Shown in pieces: positions 13,368 through 26,400 of a stretch of 64,000 bases of DNA (position 1 is the stretch's first letter; each line of letters starts with the position of its first letter). The notes beneath the pieces are model-generated. The model made no database searches. It saw nothing but the letters and a program-made list of their open reading frames with translations, and had not been told where the DNA came from. Origin of the DNA: the human T2T-CHM13v2.0 reference genome, Homo sapiens; NCBI RefSeq assembly GCF_009914755.1, contig NC_060932.1; one strand, given 5' to 3'. The translations under genes were made by a program, and so were the position numbers.

Positions 13368-14398
13368 CACTTCCAGAAAGAACCATTATCTTTCCTCCTA
13401 TATCAAATCCCTTGCTCAATGTTCCTGTTTTAGTCCGGAGCACCGACATTCTTGTAGGCAACGGGCACAAAACCAAGTGAAACAAAAATATTGGAATATA
13501 TGAACCAAGACTTTTAAATAAGAAAGATAAGTATATTTAAGAAGTTGAGAAGATATTACCAATATGAAGCAAAAACATGAAATCATAAAAAATATAAAGC
13601 AGACATATTAGGTAGTAGGAATATATACCATGGCCAAGTAAGATTTATTGGTTTAATAGATGAAAACCCATTAATGTAATGTACCACATTTATAGAAGGA
13701 AAGGCAAAAACCCTAAGATCATCTCAATAGAGCCAGAAAAAGCTTTGAACAAAATCTAACACCCTCTCATGACAAAAACACTCAACAACTAGGAATAGCA
13801 ATGAAGTTTCCCAACCTGATAGGGCCATCTGTGAAAAACCCTACCAGCAAACTTCATGGTGGATCAGAAGCTTTCCCCCTAAGATGAGGAGCAAGACAAG
13901 AACATCCCCTTTTGCCACTTCCATTTGACACTGTAGTGGAGGTTCACAACAGGACAATTAAGCAACAAATCGTGGGGGTGAGGGAGGTGAGGGAAGCATC
14001 TAAACTGGAAAGAAGAAATAAAACTCTCTCTACTTGCAGATGACATAATCCTAACTGATCCACCAAAAATTACAATTAAGAAACGAATTCAGCCAGGCTG
14101 CAAGAAGCAAGATCAAAATACAAAAACCAATTGCATTTCTAAACACTAACAATTAACAATCTAAAAATGAAATTAAACAACTTCATTTCCAATAGCATAA
14201 AAAAAAACTACTTAGGAACAAGCTGATTCTAAAACTCACGTGGACTCAGATTAGCCAAAACAATCTTGCAATGAACAAAGTTGGAGAGCTCACACTCCCC
14301 AGTTCAAAACTTACTAAAAAGCTATAGTAATCAAGACAGGGTGGTACCGGCATAAAGATGGATATATAGATCAATGGAATAGAATTAAGAATCCATAA

Positions 14399-14857
<459 letters not shown>

Positions 14858-15014
14858 TTAACTCAAAATGTATTGTAGGCCTTGAAGTAACAGCCAAAAC
14901 TATAAAAGCCTTTGAATATTTGTAACCTTGAGTTAAACAATGGCTTCTTAGATGTGACACCAAAAGCACATGTGACAAGAAAAATAAATAAATTGGATGT
15001 CATCAAAATTTTTA

Positions 15015-15389
<375 letters not shown>

Positions 15390-16639
15390 TCAAATCATGT
15401 ATCTGTTAAGGGACTTTTATCCCAAATGTGTAAACAATTTTTTCGACTTAATTATAAAAAGACAAATATCTCAATTAAAATCATGGGCAAAGGACTTAGT
15501 TAAAGAAAACCAGAGCTGGGCAGATGTTAAAGTGGTAAAGATAGATTTCATTCAAAAACTATTGCAAGAAGGGAAGAAATGCTCCAGCATGGAACTGGAC
15601 TTGATTCCAAATACAATCAGAACAAGGGATTTATAGTCAAGGTGCGAGTTGTGAGGCTTGAGGGGAGGTATTGGTTCTCCAGAAGAGATATACAAATGGT
15701 CAATAAGTTGATGAAAAGATACTCACCATCACCGGTCATTGGTAAAATATTCACCATCATTGGTCACTGGAAAAATAGGTCCTTGGAATATCACTTCACA
15801 CATGCTAAGGTGGCTATCAGAAAGACAGACAATAACAAGTGTTCCCCAAGGAAGTGGAGAAATTGAGACCTTACACACTCCTGGTGGGAACATAAAATGG
15901 TGTGGCCAGTTTGGCAAACAGTTTGGCAGTTCATGAAGAAGTGAGAGTTACCATATGACTCTGAAATTTCACTCATAGGTGTACGCTCATGAGAATTGAA
16001 AAACATATTCACACAAAAACTTGTCCATGACAGTAGTAGCATTATTCATAATAATCAGTATGTGGAAATAATTCATATATCCATCAACTGATGAATGGAT
16101 TTTAAAACTGCAGTATATCCTATGATAAATATCATTCAGCTATAGAAAGGAATGAAACTCTCACACATGCTACAACATGGATATGCCTTGAAATATTACA
16201 CTACGTGACAGAAGTCAGAAACAAGGGGCACACATGATATGATTCTACACATAAAAATATCCAGAATAAGCAAATCTACAGAGACTGAAAATAGATTAAT
16301 GGTTGCTAGGGGCTTTACAAAGGGGAGAATAGGCACAGACTTTGTTTAATACTACTAACCTATGCTGCTAGTGAGTTTAGGGGTTTTGGAGGATGTGGTG
16401 TAAATGTTCTGGAAGCAGTGGTGGTGATCCATGCAAAACTCCACCAAATAACCATCACCAAACTATACACTTAAAATGGTAAACTTCATAGTATTTATAT
16501 CAAAATAAAGCTGTTATTTAAAAATTAAAGTTATAAAAACTACTATAAATAACTACATAAACATAAGAGATGCATATCTAGGAAACATGATAAAAAATCC
16601 CAAGAATAAAAAAGAACTTGAAAAAAATCTCAAGTATTA

Positions 16640-16979
<340 letters not shown>

Positions 16980-17049
16980 CTACCACCACCACCACCACCA
17001 CCACTAACACCACCAACAATATTTTTTAGAGGTTCAAATGCCCAGATCA

Positions 17050-17600
17050 TTTTATGAGGTTGATAGGTCCATTGCTTTTAAATGTTGATGCCAAAACCCT
17101 TAAGTAAAACTGAATACAACATTGTGTTTTTTAAAATAATATATCATGATCAATCATGGATTAATTAGTAATGCAAACATAGCACAACATGAAAAAATCA
17201 ATATTATTCACCACATTAATAGACTAACAGAAGAAAAACTGCATATCTAAATCAATGCGGAAAAATCATTTGACAAAATCCGGCACCTATTTATAATATT
17301 TTAAAAATTCAAGTAGCTAGGGAAAGATAGGGCTGTTCTTCTCTCCATACAGGTTATATGAAAAATCTATAACAACCATTATACTTAATACGGAAATATT
17401 GATAGCATTCTTTTAAAGACTAGAAACAAGAAAAATATGGCCACTATCACTACTGCTGCCGAATATAGCACTGGAGTTCCCTGCCAAGAAAGAAAGAGAT
17501 CTAAGAATAGGAAGGGAAGAGCTAAAACGTATTGTTTGCAAATAATAACAAACATTTATCCAGAATCCATACATAGACCCTTAAAACTCAGAGTTCCATC
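17050..17600 (+). mobile_element. Old L1 ORF2 fragment
   Basis: aaaaaatcatttgacaaaatc and ccactatcactactgctg motifs. Confidence 0.6.
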
Positions 17601-17604
17601 AGTT

Positions 17605-17750
17605 TGATGGACGTGAAGACACACTGCCCCGATCCCCATTCAACGGAGAATCATTACCCCTGCTCCCGGGGTTTGACAAACCCCAGCCTTTTCAGGGATC
17701 CCCTGAGCTGCAGAGAGCTGCCTTGCCTAAGGTCAAATCCATCCCAGGAT
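17605..17750 (+). mobile_element. LTR16-like ERVL LTR fragment
   Basis: ttcagggatcccctgagctgcagagagctgccttgcctaaggtca. Confidence 0.5.
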
Positions 17751-19368
17751 GTGACGATAAAAGTACATAAGTCAGTAAATAATAAGAGAGGTGGCTTGCA
17801 TAGACTGAGTTGAAAAACATATTATGAACTTTTAACATTCTGCATTCTCAGGTTAAATAATATTTAACTTGTACAAGTACACACTGTATAGAGCCAGGAT
17901 TTGAACCCAGGCTTTCTGACTTCAGAGACTAAAGTCTTAACTCCAGTGCTGGACTGCAGGATATGTTTTCCTCGCACCCAAGATCACGCATTGCATATTG
18001 ATGCTTCTAAGCGTTTGCTGATTCTCACCCCAGTTCCTGGGATACACATATGCCTCCCTTTGATATACTAGACTATGTATATGTAAACAGACCCTTCAAT
18101 GTCTATTGCAAGACTGACCCGTCTCTGAAATCTTCTCCTGTATCTCCAGAACACTAATTTCATCCTATACTGACCTCTCACAGCTCTCATTGTCTTGGCC
18201 ACATAGTTTAGCCCTTTCTGATTTTCATTTCGGCAATTCATAAAAGACAGATTAATAACTGCCCAGCTTGTCTCATGTGGTTCCAAACCACAACCCTTTG
18301 GCAAAGAACAATGCATGTTAGATCTTCTATATTCTAACAAGGTACAATGTACTGTAGGTGTCCAAAAAACGCTCCTTGGTTTGAAATGATTACCTCTGGT
18401 ATATTAATTAGTCTCACTGTCTCAGACTGAAGTTAAAGCAAAGGAAACAGAAGTGTCTGTCAAACTCAGTTCTGCTTGTCTTTCTCAAACACATGGTCAG
18501 GATTCTATAATTTCTTCCTGACCCTCATCATTTTTGACAATCTAATTTTGATTCAGTCTCTTCACAAAAGTCAGCCTACAGATAAATATGCACATATAAA
18601 GTTAGTCCAAAACTACTGACAAGTGTTTAACCAGTGTAATCATGCATTCAGGCTGGACATTTTCTCATCCAGGGAAAATAATAAAGTCTTCATCCTAACG
18701 TTATTGGGCACCACATTATGCAGTACCATGCATAACCCTTTCCCTCCCACCATCTGCTCTTAGCTAGATTTCAAATAAGCCTGGCCCACTTTTTTTTTAC
18801 CTGCTAACTAATTTGCTGTTTCATAGAAATGTACTAAGATTCTGAAAACTGGTTAATAAGGGTGGAAAACGATGACCATTATTTTTTTTTAAAGGAGAGA
18901 GGGTTTAGCTGCCTTCAGCTCCTTGACAGCCCACTGCAGTTGTTTCTGACTTCCATGACAAAACACAGCAGCCAAGGGGAGGCTGTGGCTGTGGATTCCT
19001 TTCTTCCTTGCTGAATTAGGAAGCCAGAAGAAATTTGTGCCTTAAACACAACCATCTGTTCTCTTCTGCACAGCCCTTTCTTCTGGACTTCAACAAGGGG
19101 GTGATGTGTTGATTCTAAGTCACATTTCAATCCAATTTCTGGTATTTCTAATCTTACTCCTCTCTGCTGAGAGTGAATTTACAAAATTGGGCCAAAGTGA
19201 GAAAGGAAATTGACAAAGGTTTGAGTCCTATTAATATTCGTAGGCTTTTTTTACTAGATTAAACCAATTCTACCAAAAAAAGAAAAACAAGTTATGCTAT
19301 ATTTCAGCTATGAGAAAAGTTGAATGGTTATGAATTATAGAAGGTAAATAGTACACAGAAGTACATGA

Positions 19369-19405
19369 CATTCATTCATTCATTCATTCATTCATTCATT
19401 CATTC
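19369..19405. repeat. (CATT)n microsatellite
   Basis: About 9 tandem CATT units. Confidence 0.95.
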
Positions 19406-20172
19406 TTCAAACCTCTGATGCATACCGTACACAAACAAGGGTCAAAATATACCTCCTTAAGTAATCTGGAATGTGAAGTATTTTGGTTGAGTTATTGCTA
19501 CCAAAACAAAGAACAGCCAGCATGCACGTTCTGGTTATTCTCTTGTGAAATCTCAGCATCTCCTTCTGTGAACATCCATTCATTAACCATCCTCATTCAG
19601 TCCTTGTGCCTCCCAACTTACGGGTCAGAATTCACACAGCCACCTTCTTCAGTGTGACATCTTCTTTTGGCTTAGTATGTCTAATGAAATTCCCCTTCCT
19701 CAAGAATTCTGGACCCTAGGATAGATGGGAACAAACAGACTGTGCTTACAGAAGAAAATTGGGATTGCATTTCACTGAAGGCTGTTCTAGGCCCACAAAG
19801 AGTAACTAGAATGTAATTTTGGATTCAGTTAACAAGATTAAAACAGAACAGACAGAGTCTGTCTCTGAATATAAAGATAGGTAACATTCCAAAACTGGTT
19901 TCACCCGAGAAATTTTTTCAATAAACACCAAGAGTGGTACATAAATTAATTGTAAAATGCTGACTAATATATGTTTCCTTAACTGTAAAATGTAAAGATA
20001 GAATATGAGAATTTCAAGTGTCCCAATCAATTTTAACACTCCGTATTCATTATATGGAGACTTTGAAATGCCATCCCAAATTTACAGCACTAAATGCTTA
20101 TAATAGAAAAGAAGAAAGATCTGAAATCAATGACCTCAGCTTGCACCTTATAAAACTAGAAAAAGAACAGTA

Positions 20173-20888
20173 CGGCAGTCTTCTTTTATAGAATAGGTTC
20201 CCAGACCCGCAGTGGGTGCCTGAAACTACAGATAGTGCCAATCCCCATCGCTGTCAATCAGAACATGTTCTGTCCATGTCATCCATCAATAAATTTAATG
20301 CCTTTCCATCTTAACTAAGCACTTATCACACACTGTGGTCATAACTTTTGTAGTTTGAAATGAGACAGCAAAAGTAACACAAATTTCTTTTTCTTCACAA
20401 TTTCATGGATGGAAGATTTATTCTTGTGTAAATCTTAGCAACCTCAGCATACAATTTTTGTCCTTATTAAGTTGAGAACTTTCATGTTTTCACTTAAAGG
20501 AAACACTTTACAGCTTCTCTTTGGCATATCTGAGTTGCCAGCAACACTACTTTTGTGCTTTGGAGCCATTATTAAGTCAAGTAAGGGTGACTTGGACACA
20601 AGCATGGTGAGGCCTCATTAGTGGATCTGACAACCCGTGTGGTCTACAAGTGTGACTCACAGGCAGAGAGCACCCACAGTGCAGAGACACTGGGCAAAGG
20701 GAGGATTCACAGCCAGGGCGGGATGAACCTGGATGGTGTGAGGTTTCATGTGCTGCTCAGGAAAGAATGCAACTTAAACCTTATGAATTGTTCATTTCTA
20801 GAATTTTCCTTGTAATGTTTTCAGACCATGGTTGGCTGAGGGTAATTGAAACTGTGGAAAGCAAAACTATGGATAAGGAGGACTACTA
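20173..20888. mobile_element. MER44 (Tigger7-derived) DNA transposon
   Basis: Terminal ggataaggaggactact; internal ttcacttaaaggaaacactttacagcttctctttggcatatc. Confidence 0.8.
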
Positions 20889-21235
20889 TAAATTAATCCT
20901 CATGAAAGCAGAAGAAAGGAAAAAATATAAGTATTAGAGTGGAAATCAAGAAAACAAAAATAGAAATACAAAAGAGAAAATCAATGAAAGCAAAAGCTGG
21001 TTGTCTGAGATCAGTAAAACTGATAAATCTCTACTCAGACCAATGGGGAAACAAATAGAGAAAAGACACTAATCATGAATATCAGGAATGAGAGATAAAA
21101 AAACATGACTCCTTCTACATATATTAAAATAATAATCAGGTAATATTATAAATGACTCTGCCAATTAATTCTACAACTTAGATGAAATGAGCAAATTACC
21201 TGAAAAAACAAACTACCAAAGCTTAAGAATAAATA

Positions 21236-21529
<294 letters not shown>

Positions 21530-21889
21530 TCACAAAGGAAACATCACATTTGGATGGTTTCACTAAGAAATTCTACCAAACATTAACAAAAAAAAACACC
21601 AATTGTACACCAACTCTTCCCAAAATTGAAAAAGAGGGAATACTTTCCAACTCATTCTGATGCCAGTATTATTCTGATATCAAAAACAAGGACATTATGA
21701 GGAAAAAAAAAAACACAAACTGATATCATTCATGAACATAGATATAAGAATTCTTAACAAATTTTTAGCAAATCAAATATAAGGACATATACAATGAATA
21801 ATACATCATGACCAAAGGATATTTGTCCCAGGAATCCAAGGTAGATTTAACATTTAAAAATCAATTAATAGAATTTATCATACCTACAG

Positions 21890-22054
21890 AAAGAGAGAGA
21901 GGAAGGGAGGGAGGGAGGGAGGAAGGGAGGGAGGGAGGAAGGAAAGGAGGAAGGGAGGGAGGGAGGGAAGGAAGGAAGGAGAAGGGAAGGGAAGGGAAGG
22001 GAGGGAAGGGAGTGAGGGAGGGAGGAGAGAGGGAAGGCGAAGAAGGGAGAAGAA
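21890..22054. repeat. GA-rich polypurine tract
   Basis: (GGGA/GGAA)n. Confidence 0.95.
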
Positions 22055-22368
22055 AATTCACATCAACATTGCAACTGTGGAATAGATGCCAAAAAAAAAG
22101 GGTGTGAGAAACTCAAACATAAATTGATTTAAAAAGGAAAACTTTCAGCAAACTAGGAATAGCAGGAAACTTCCTCACCCCTGTAAAAGGCACCTATGAA
22201 AACCTACGGCTAGCGTTGTACTTAATGGTGAAAGACTGAATGTTTTTTCCAAGATGAATTAGGCAAACGTGTCTACTGTCACCCTTTCTATATGCAATAT
22301 TGTACTGGGAAGTTCTAGCCAGCATGATAAGGCAAGAAAAAGAAATTCAGTGCATCAAAATTGCAAAA

Positions 22369-23136
22369 TGAAAGACTGAATATGCAAATGGACAATGGTC
22401 AGACCATATATAAAAACAAAAATTAGATAACACAACAGGGTGACTAGAGTCAATAATAATTTATTATACATTTTAAAATAACTAGGAGAGTATAATTGGA
22501 CTGTTTGTAACACAAAGAAAAGACAAATTCATGAGGGGATGAAGACCCCATTTACCCTGATGTAATTACTATGCATTGTATACCTGTATCAAAATATCTC
22601 ATGTACCCCATAAATATACATACCTACTGTGTACCCACAAAAATTAAAAATTAAAAACAAATAGTACTCTGACCCACAAACTGTAGCAATCAGCCTGGGA
22701 AGCCAACCTACTATCTGCAGTAATGAGTCCAGGAAGGCAAACTACTGTGTAGCAGACAGCCCATAAAGCCAAACAATAACTCCTGTAGCAATCAGCACAG
22801 AACAGCCAGAATATAATGAGTAATTGACAGCTTTTCTCATATTGCTCCCACTTCCAACTTAGAACCAACTGGAAAAAAAGCCAAATATCCACCCCAAACC
22901 AGTCATGTACACTGCCCCACTTCTAGTTAACCCACCTAAAGCTTCCCCATGCCAATACCTCCAGTCAAGGCATACATGATTCCCTCTCTTTTCCACCATG
23001 AAGCTTCCCCACTCCCCTGCCTGCCTTTGAGTCTCTGTTAAACACAAATGATTGTGGCTGACCCTCTTGCTATAGCAAGCTCTGAATAAATACGCTTTGT
23101 TTGTTTTCATTTGGATGGTCTTCATTTATTTCCACA
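22369..23136 (+). mobile_element. ERV1-class (MER4-group) solo LTR with an L1MA 3' fragment (about 22421-22660) inserted
   Basis: TG…CA termini, aataaa near the 3' end, repeated agcaatcagc motif; L1MA tail flanked by taaaaacaaa. Confidence 0.65.
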
Positions 23137-25118
23137 AAATAAAGAAAAAAAACTGTTTTTATTCTCAAACAACATGATTGTAGCAGTAGAAAATACAGAA
23201 TCTATTTTAAAAGCTTCTAGATCTAATTGGTAGGCTAACAATGGTTTTAAAAGCTTCTAGATCTAATCAATAGGTTAGCAATGTTTCAGGATACAAGACT
23301 GATATCTGAAACCAATTGCACTGCTACATACTAGCAACACAAAATTAGAAATTGATATTTTTAAAAAGATGGATCTCATTCTGTCACCCAGAATGAATGC
23401 AGTGGTGTGATCATAGAGAATTTAAATTTTAAAGAATAACATTTATAATTTAATTGTTTAAATACCATTTATAATACTATCAGAAATATGAAATATTTGG
23501 GGATAAATCTGACAAAATATGTGCAAGACCTATACACTAAAAAATACAAAACATTGTTGAGAAAAATTGAAAACAAAAAAATTGAGAGATATATTAATAC
23601 TATGGATTAAAGACTTGATATTGTTAAGATGTCAATTATCTGACAAGTTACTTACAGATTCCATGCAATTCCAATGAAAACCTCTGTAGCCATTTTTTGT
23701 AGAATTTGACAAACAGATTCTACAATGCATTTGAACATGCAAAGCACTTAGAATTGCCAAAACAACTGTGAAAGCAAAGAACAGAGATAGAGAACTTACA
23801 CTACCTGCTTCAAGATTATCAAAAAGCTATGGTAATCAAGACAGTGTGGTATTACTATCAATATACACCAACAGATTAATGAAAACAGAACACAGTGGCC
23901 AGAAAGAGATTCACATTTATATGGTCAATTGATTTTGAAAAAGAAGCAAAGGTAATTCAATGGAGAAAGGCGGCTCTTTCCAATAAAAGATGCTGAAGCA
24001 ACTGGATATCCATAAGCAAAAGAATTAACTTTGACCTATATCAGCACCATATTAAAAATTAACTCAAGATGGATTATAAATCTAACTGTGTAACCTAAAA
24101 TAATAAAACTTCTAGAAAAAATATCCAGAACCCACTCAGGGAACAGATGTTCAGAAGGGACTGGAGGAGCATGGGATGGCATCCAGAGAGTGCAGGGGAG
24201 CACAGATGTGACCAGGTTCCAAAATCATGATGGAATAAGAGGTAACATGGAAGCGCTCCTAGGAGCTCCAAAGTACTTAAGCCTGGGAAATCCCGCTTCC
24301 AAAGCAGAGGGTTATAGTTTGAAAACAGATAACCACAGAAACTACACTGAGAGAGTAATGTACAATTTACAAAGTGATTTCATGTATACTATCAATAGCC
24401 CATCTCCTCTGATCCTCCAAAAACCCTAAGGCTCAGAGAGGCTGAGCAACCAGCCAAGGTCACACAGGTCCTTCGCCCTGGCTCATGGCTGAGTTGGGCC
24501 ATCTTCTGCTCATGTAGTTCCCCACACCCACATCCAGCATTCTGCAATATAAGCTTGTTGAGGGCAGGGAATAGTCCGAATTGCTCACTGCTAGATCTCC
24601 AGAACTCAGAACATAGATTTTTTTAAATAATAGCTATTGACCAACTACGGACTCTAAGACCAGCACACTTTTCACTACACTGAGCAGCATATTCTGCCAT
24701 GTTTTGTCTTAGCCTGAGAAATCGAAGCTCTCCCTTATAGCCCACAGACAAGGAAGCTATAGGAGGCCAGCCCTGTGCCCTGGTGTCCACTGGCTTGTCA
24801 ATAAATTGGATAGCTATGAGCACCAGCTAACTTCATCAGGAGGGCCGCTGCACAGCAGAGGGGCCATAACTCCATGTCCGGGTGGGTTGCTTCAAAATCC
24901 ACCAGTGTTGCTATCCACCCACAGCATGCAATGAGTTCACCTCTTTCTGGGATTAAAAAGACTAAAACTAGCTATGGGGTTGAAACTAGTCTGACTGGAC
25001 TTTGAGGCAGAAAATACTTTTACATTAATTTTGTATTTCCTTACCTACAAAAAAATCCTATGTTTCACTTTCAATATTCTACATTTCTGTATGTGAGCTA
25101 TATACTGTGAGCATATGC

Positions 25119-25198
25119 TGTGTTGAACCATATGAAACTACTATTTTTGTATGTGAAAAAAGGATTAAATATTGGCAATTTCATATGGTTCAACCTTA
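25119..25198. mobile_element. MADE2 mariner MITE
   Basis: 80-bp element with perfect 16-bp inverted repeat gttgaaccatatgaaa / tttcatatggttcaac. Confidence 0.8.
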
Positions 25199-25339
25199 TT
25201 TCTTTTATAAACTGACAAAAGTCTTGTTTTATTTTTAAAAAGGAGACTATAAATAGTTATATATTCCCTGAATTGGCCACTTTCCCCTCTCAAGTTCACT
25301 AATACTAATATAATGATAAGATTAAAAATCTTGCCATTA

Positions 25340-26400
25340 GCAACCAAGATATCCTTCAATAGATTAGTAGGTAAACCATGGCACATCCATACAATGGAAT
25401 AGTATTCAGGAAGGAAGGAAGGAAGGAAGGAAGGAAGGAAGGAAGGAAGGAAGGAAGGAAGGAAGGAAGGGACAGAGGGAGGGAGGGAGGGAAGGGGAGG
25501 AGAGGGGAGGGGAGGGAGGAAAGGAAGGAAAGGAATGAAAGGAAGGGAGGGAGGAAGTGAAGGAAGGAAGGAAGGAAAGGGGAGGGGAGGGGAGGGGAGG
25601 AGAGGGGAGGAGAGGGGAGAGGAGGAGAGGGGAGGGGAGGAGAGGGGAGGGGAGGGGAGGGAAGGAGAGGGTAGAGGAGGAGAGGGTAGAGGAGGAGAGG
25701 GTAGAGGAGGAGAGGGGAGGGGAGGAGAGGGGAGGGGAGGGGAGGGGAGAGGAGGAGAGGGGAGGGGAGGGGAGGGGAGAGGAGGAGAGGGGAGGGGAGG
25801 GGAGATGAGGAGAGGGGAGGGGAGGGGAGATGAGGAGAGGGGAGGGGAGGGGAGGAGGTGGGGAGGGGAGGAGGGGAAGGGTAGGGGACTGGAGGGGAAG
25901 AGAGGGGAGGAAAAGAAAATAACTAAGCAATCAGGCCATGAAAAGACATAAAGAAAACTTAAATGCATATTACTAAGTACTAGAAGTCAATCTGAAGAGG
26001 CTGCATCCTATATGATACTAGCTATATAATGTTCTAAATAATGGAAAACTATGGACATGGCAAAAAGATCAGTGGTTGCCTGAGGGGTGTGGGGATGGTG
26101 AATAGGCAGAGCACACAGGATTTTTCAGCTGGGGAAACTGCTCTGTATGATACTGTGATGGTGGATACATATTATGTACTTGTCAACACTCATCAAAGAT
26201 ATAACACAAAGAGTGAGCCCTGAGCGCAACAGTGGGCTTTGGGTGATAATGATGTGTCCATGTGGGCTCATTAATTGCAGCAAATGTGCCATACTAATGC
26301 AAGATATTAATAACAGAGAGAAACCGTGGTGAGAGGGGGGTACATGGGTACTTTCGCTCAATTTTTTGTAAACCTAAAACTGAGCACAAAAATAAGTCTG
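25340..26400 (+). mobile_element. L1MC-like 3' end split by the polypurine tract
   Basis: catccatacaatggaat…gaaaacttaaatgcatattactaagt…tgggtgataatgatgtgtc. Confidence 0.75.
25408..25917. repeat. About 500-bp polypurine tract: (GGAA)15 then (GGGGA/GGAGA)n
   Basis: Almost pyrimidine-free on the + strand; source of the P/S-rich and G/E/R-rich spurious ORFs. Confidence 0.97.

Noticed and set aside
19426-19497. Possible cassette exon (ttgttttggtag acceptor; gtatat or gtatgc donors)
   Set aside because: Weak donors; not distinguishable from a chance pseudo-exon without expression data.
25165-25968. Proline/serine-rich and G/E/R-rich ORFs resembling extensin or RGG proteins
   Set aside because: Translations of the polypurine simple repeat.
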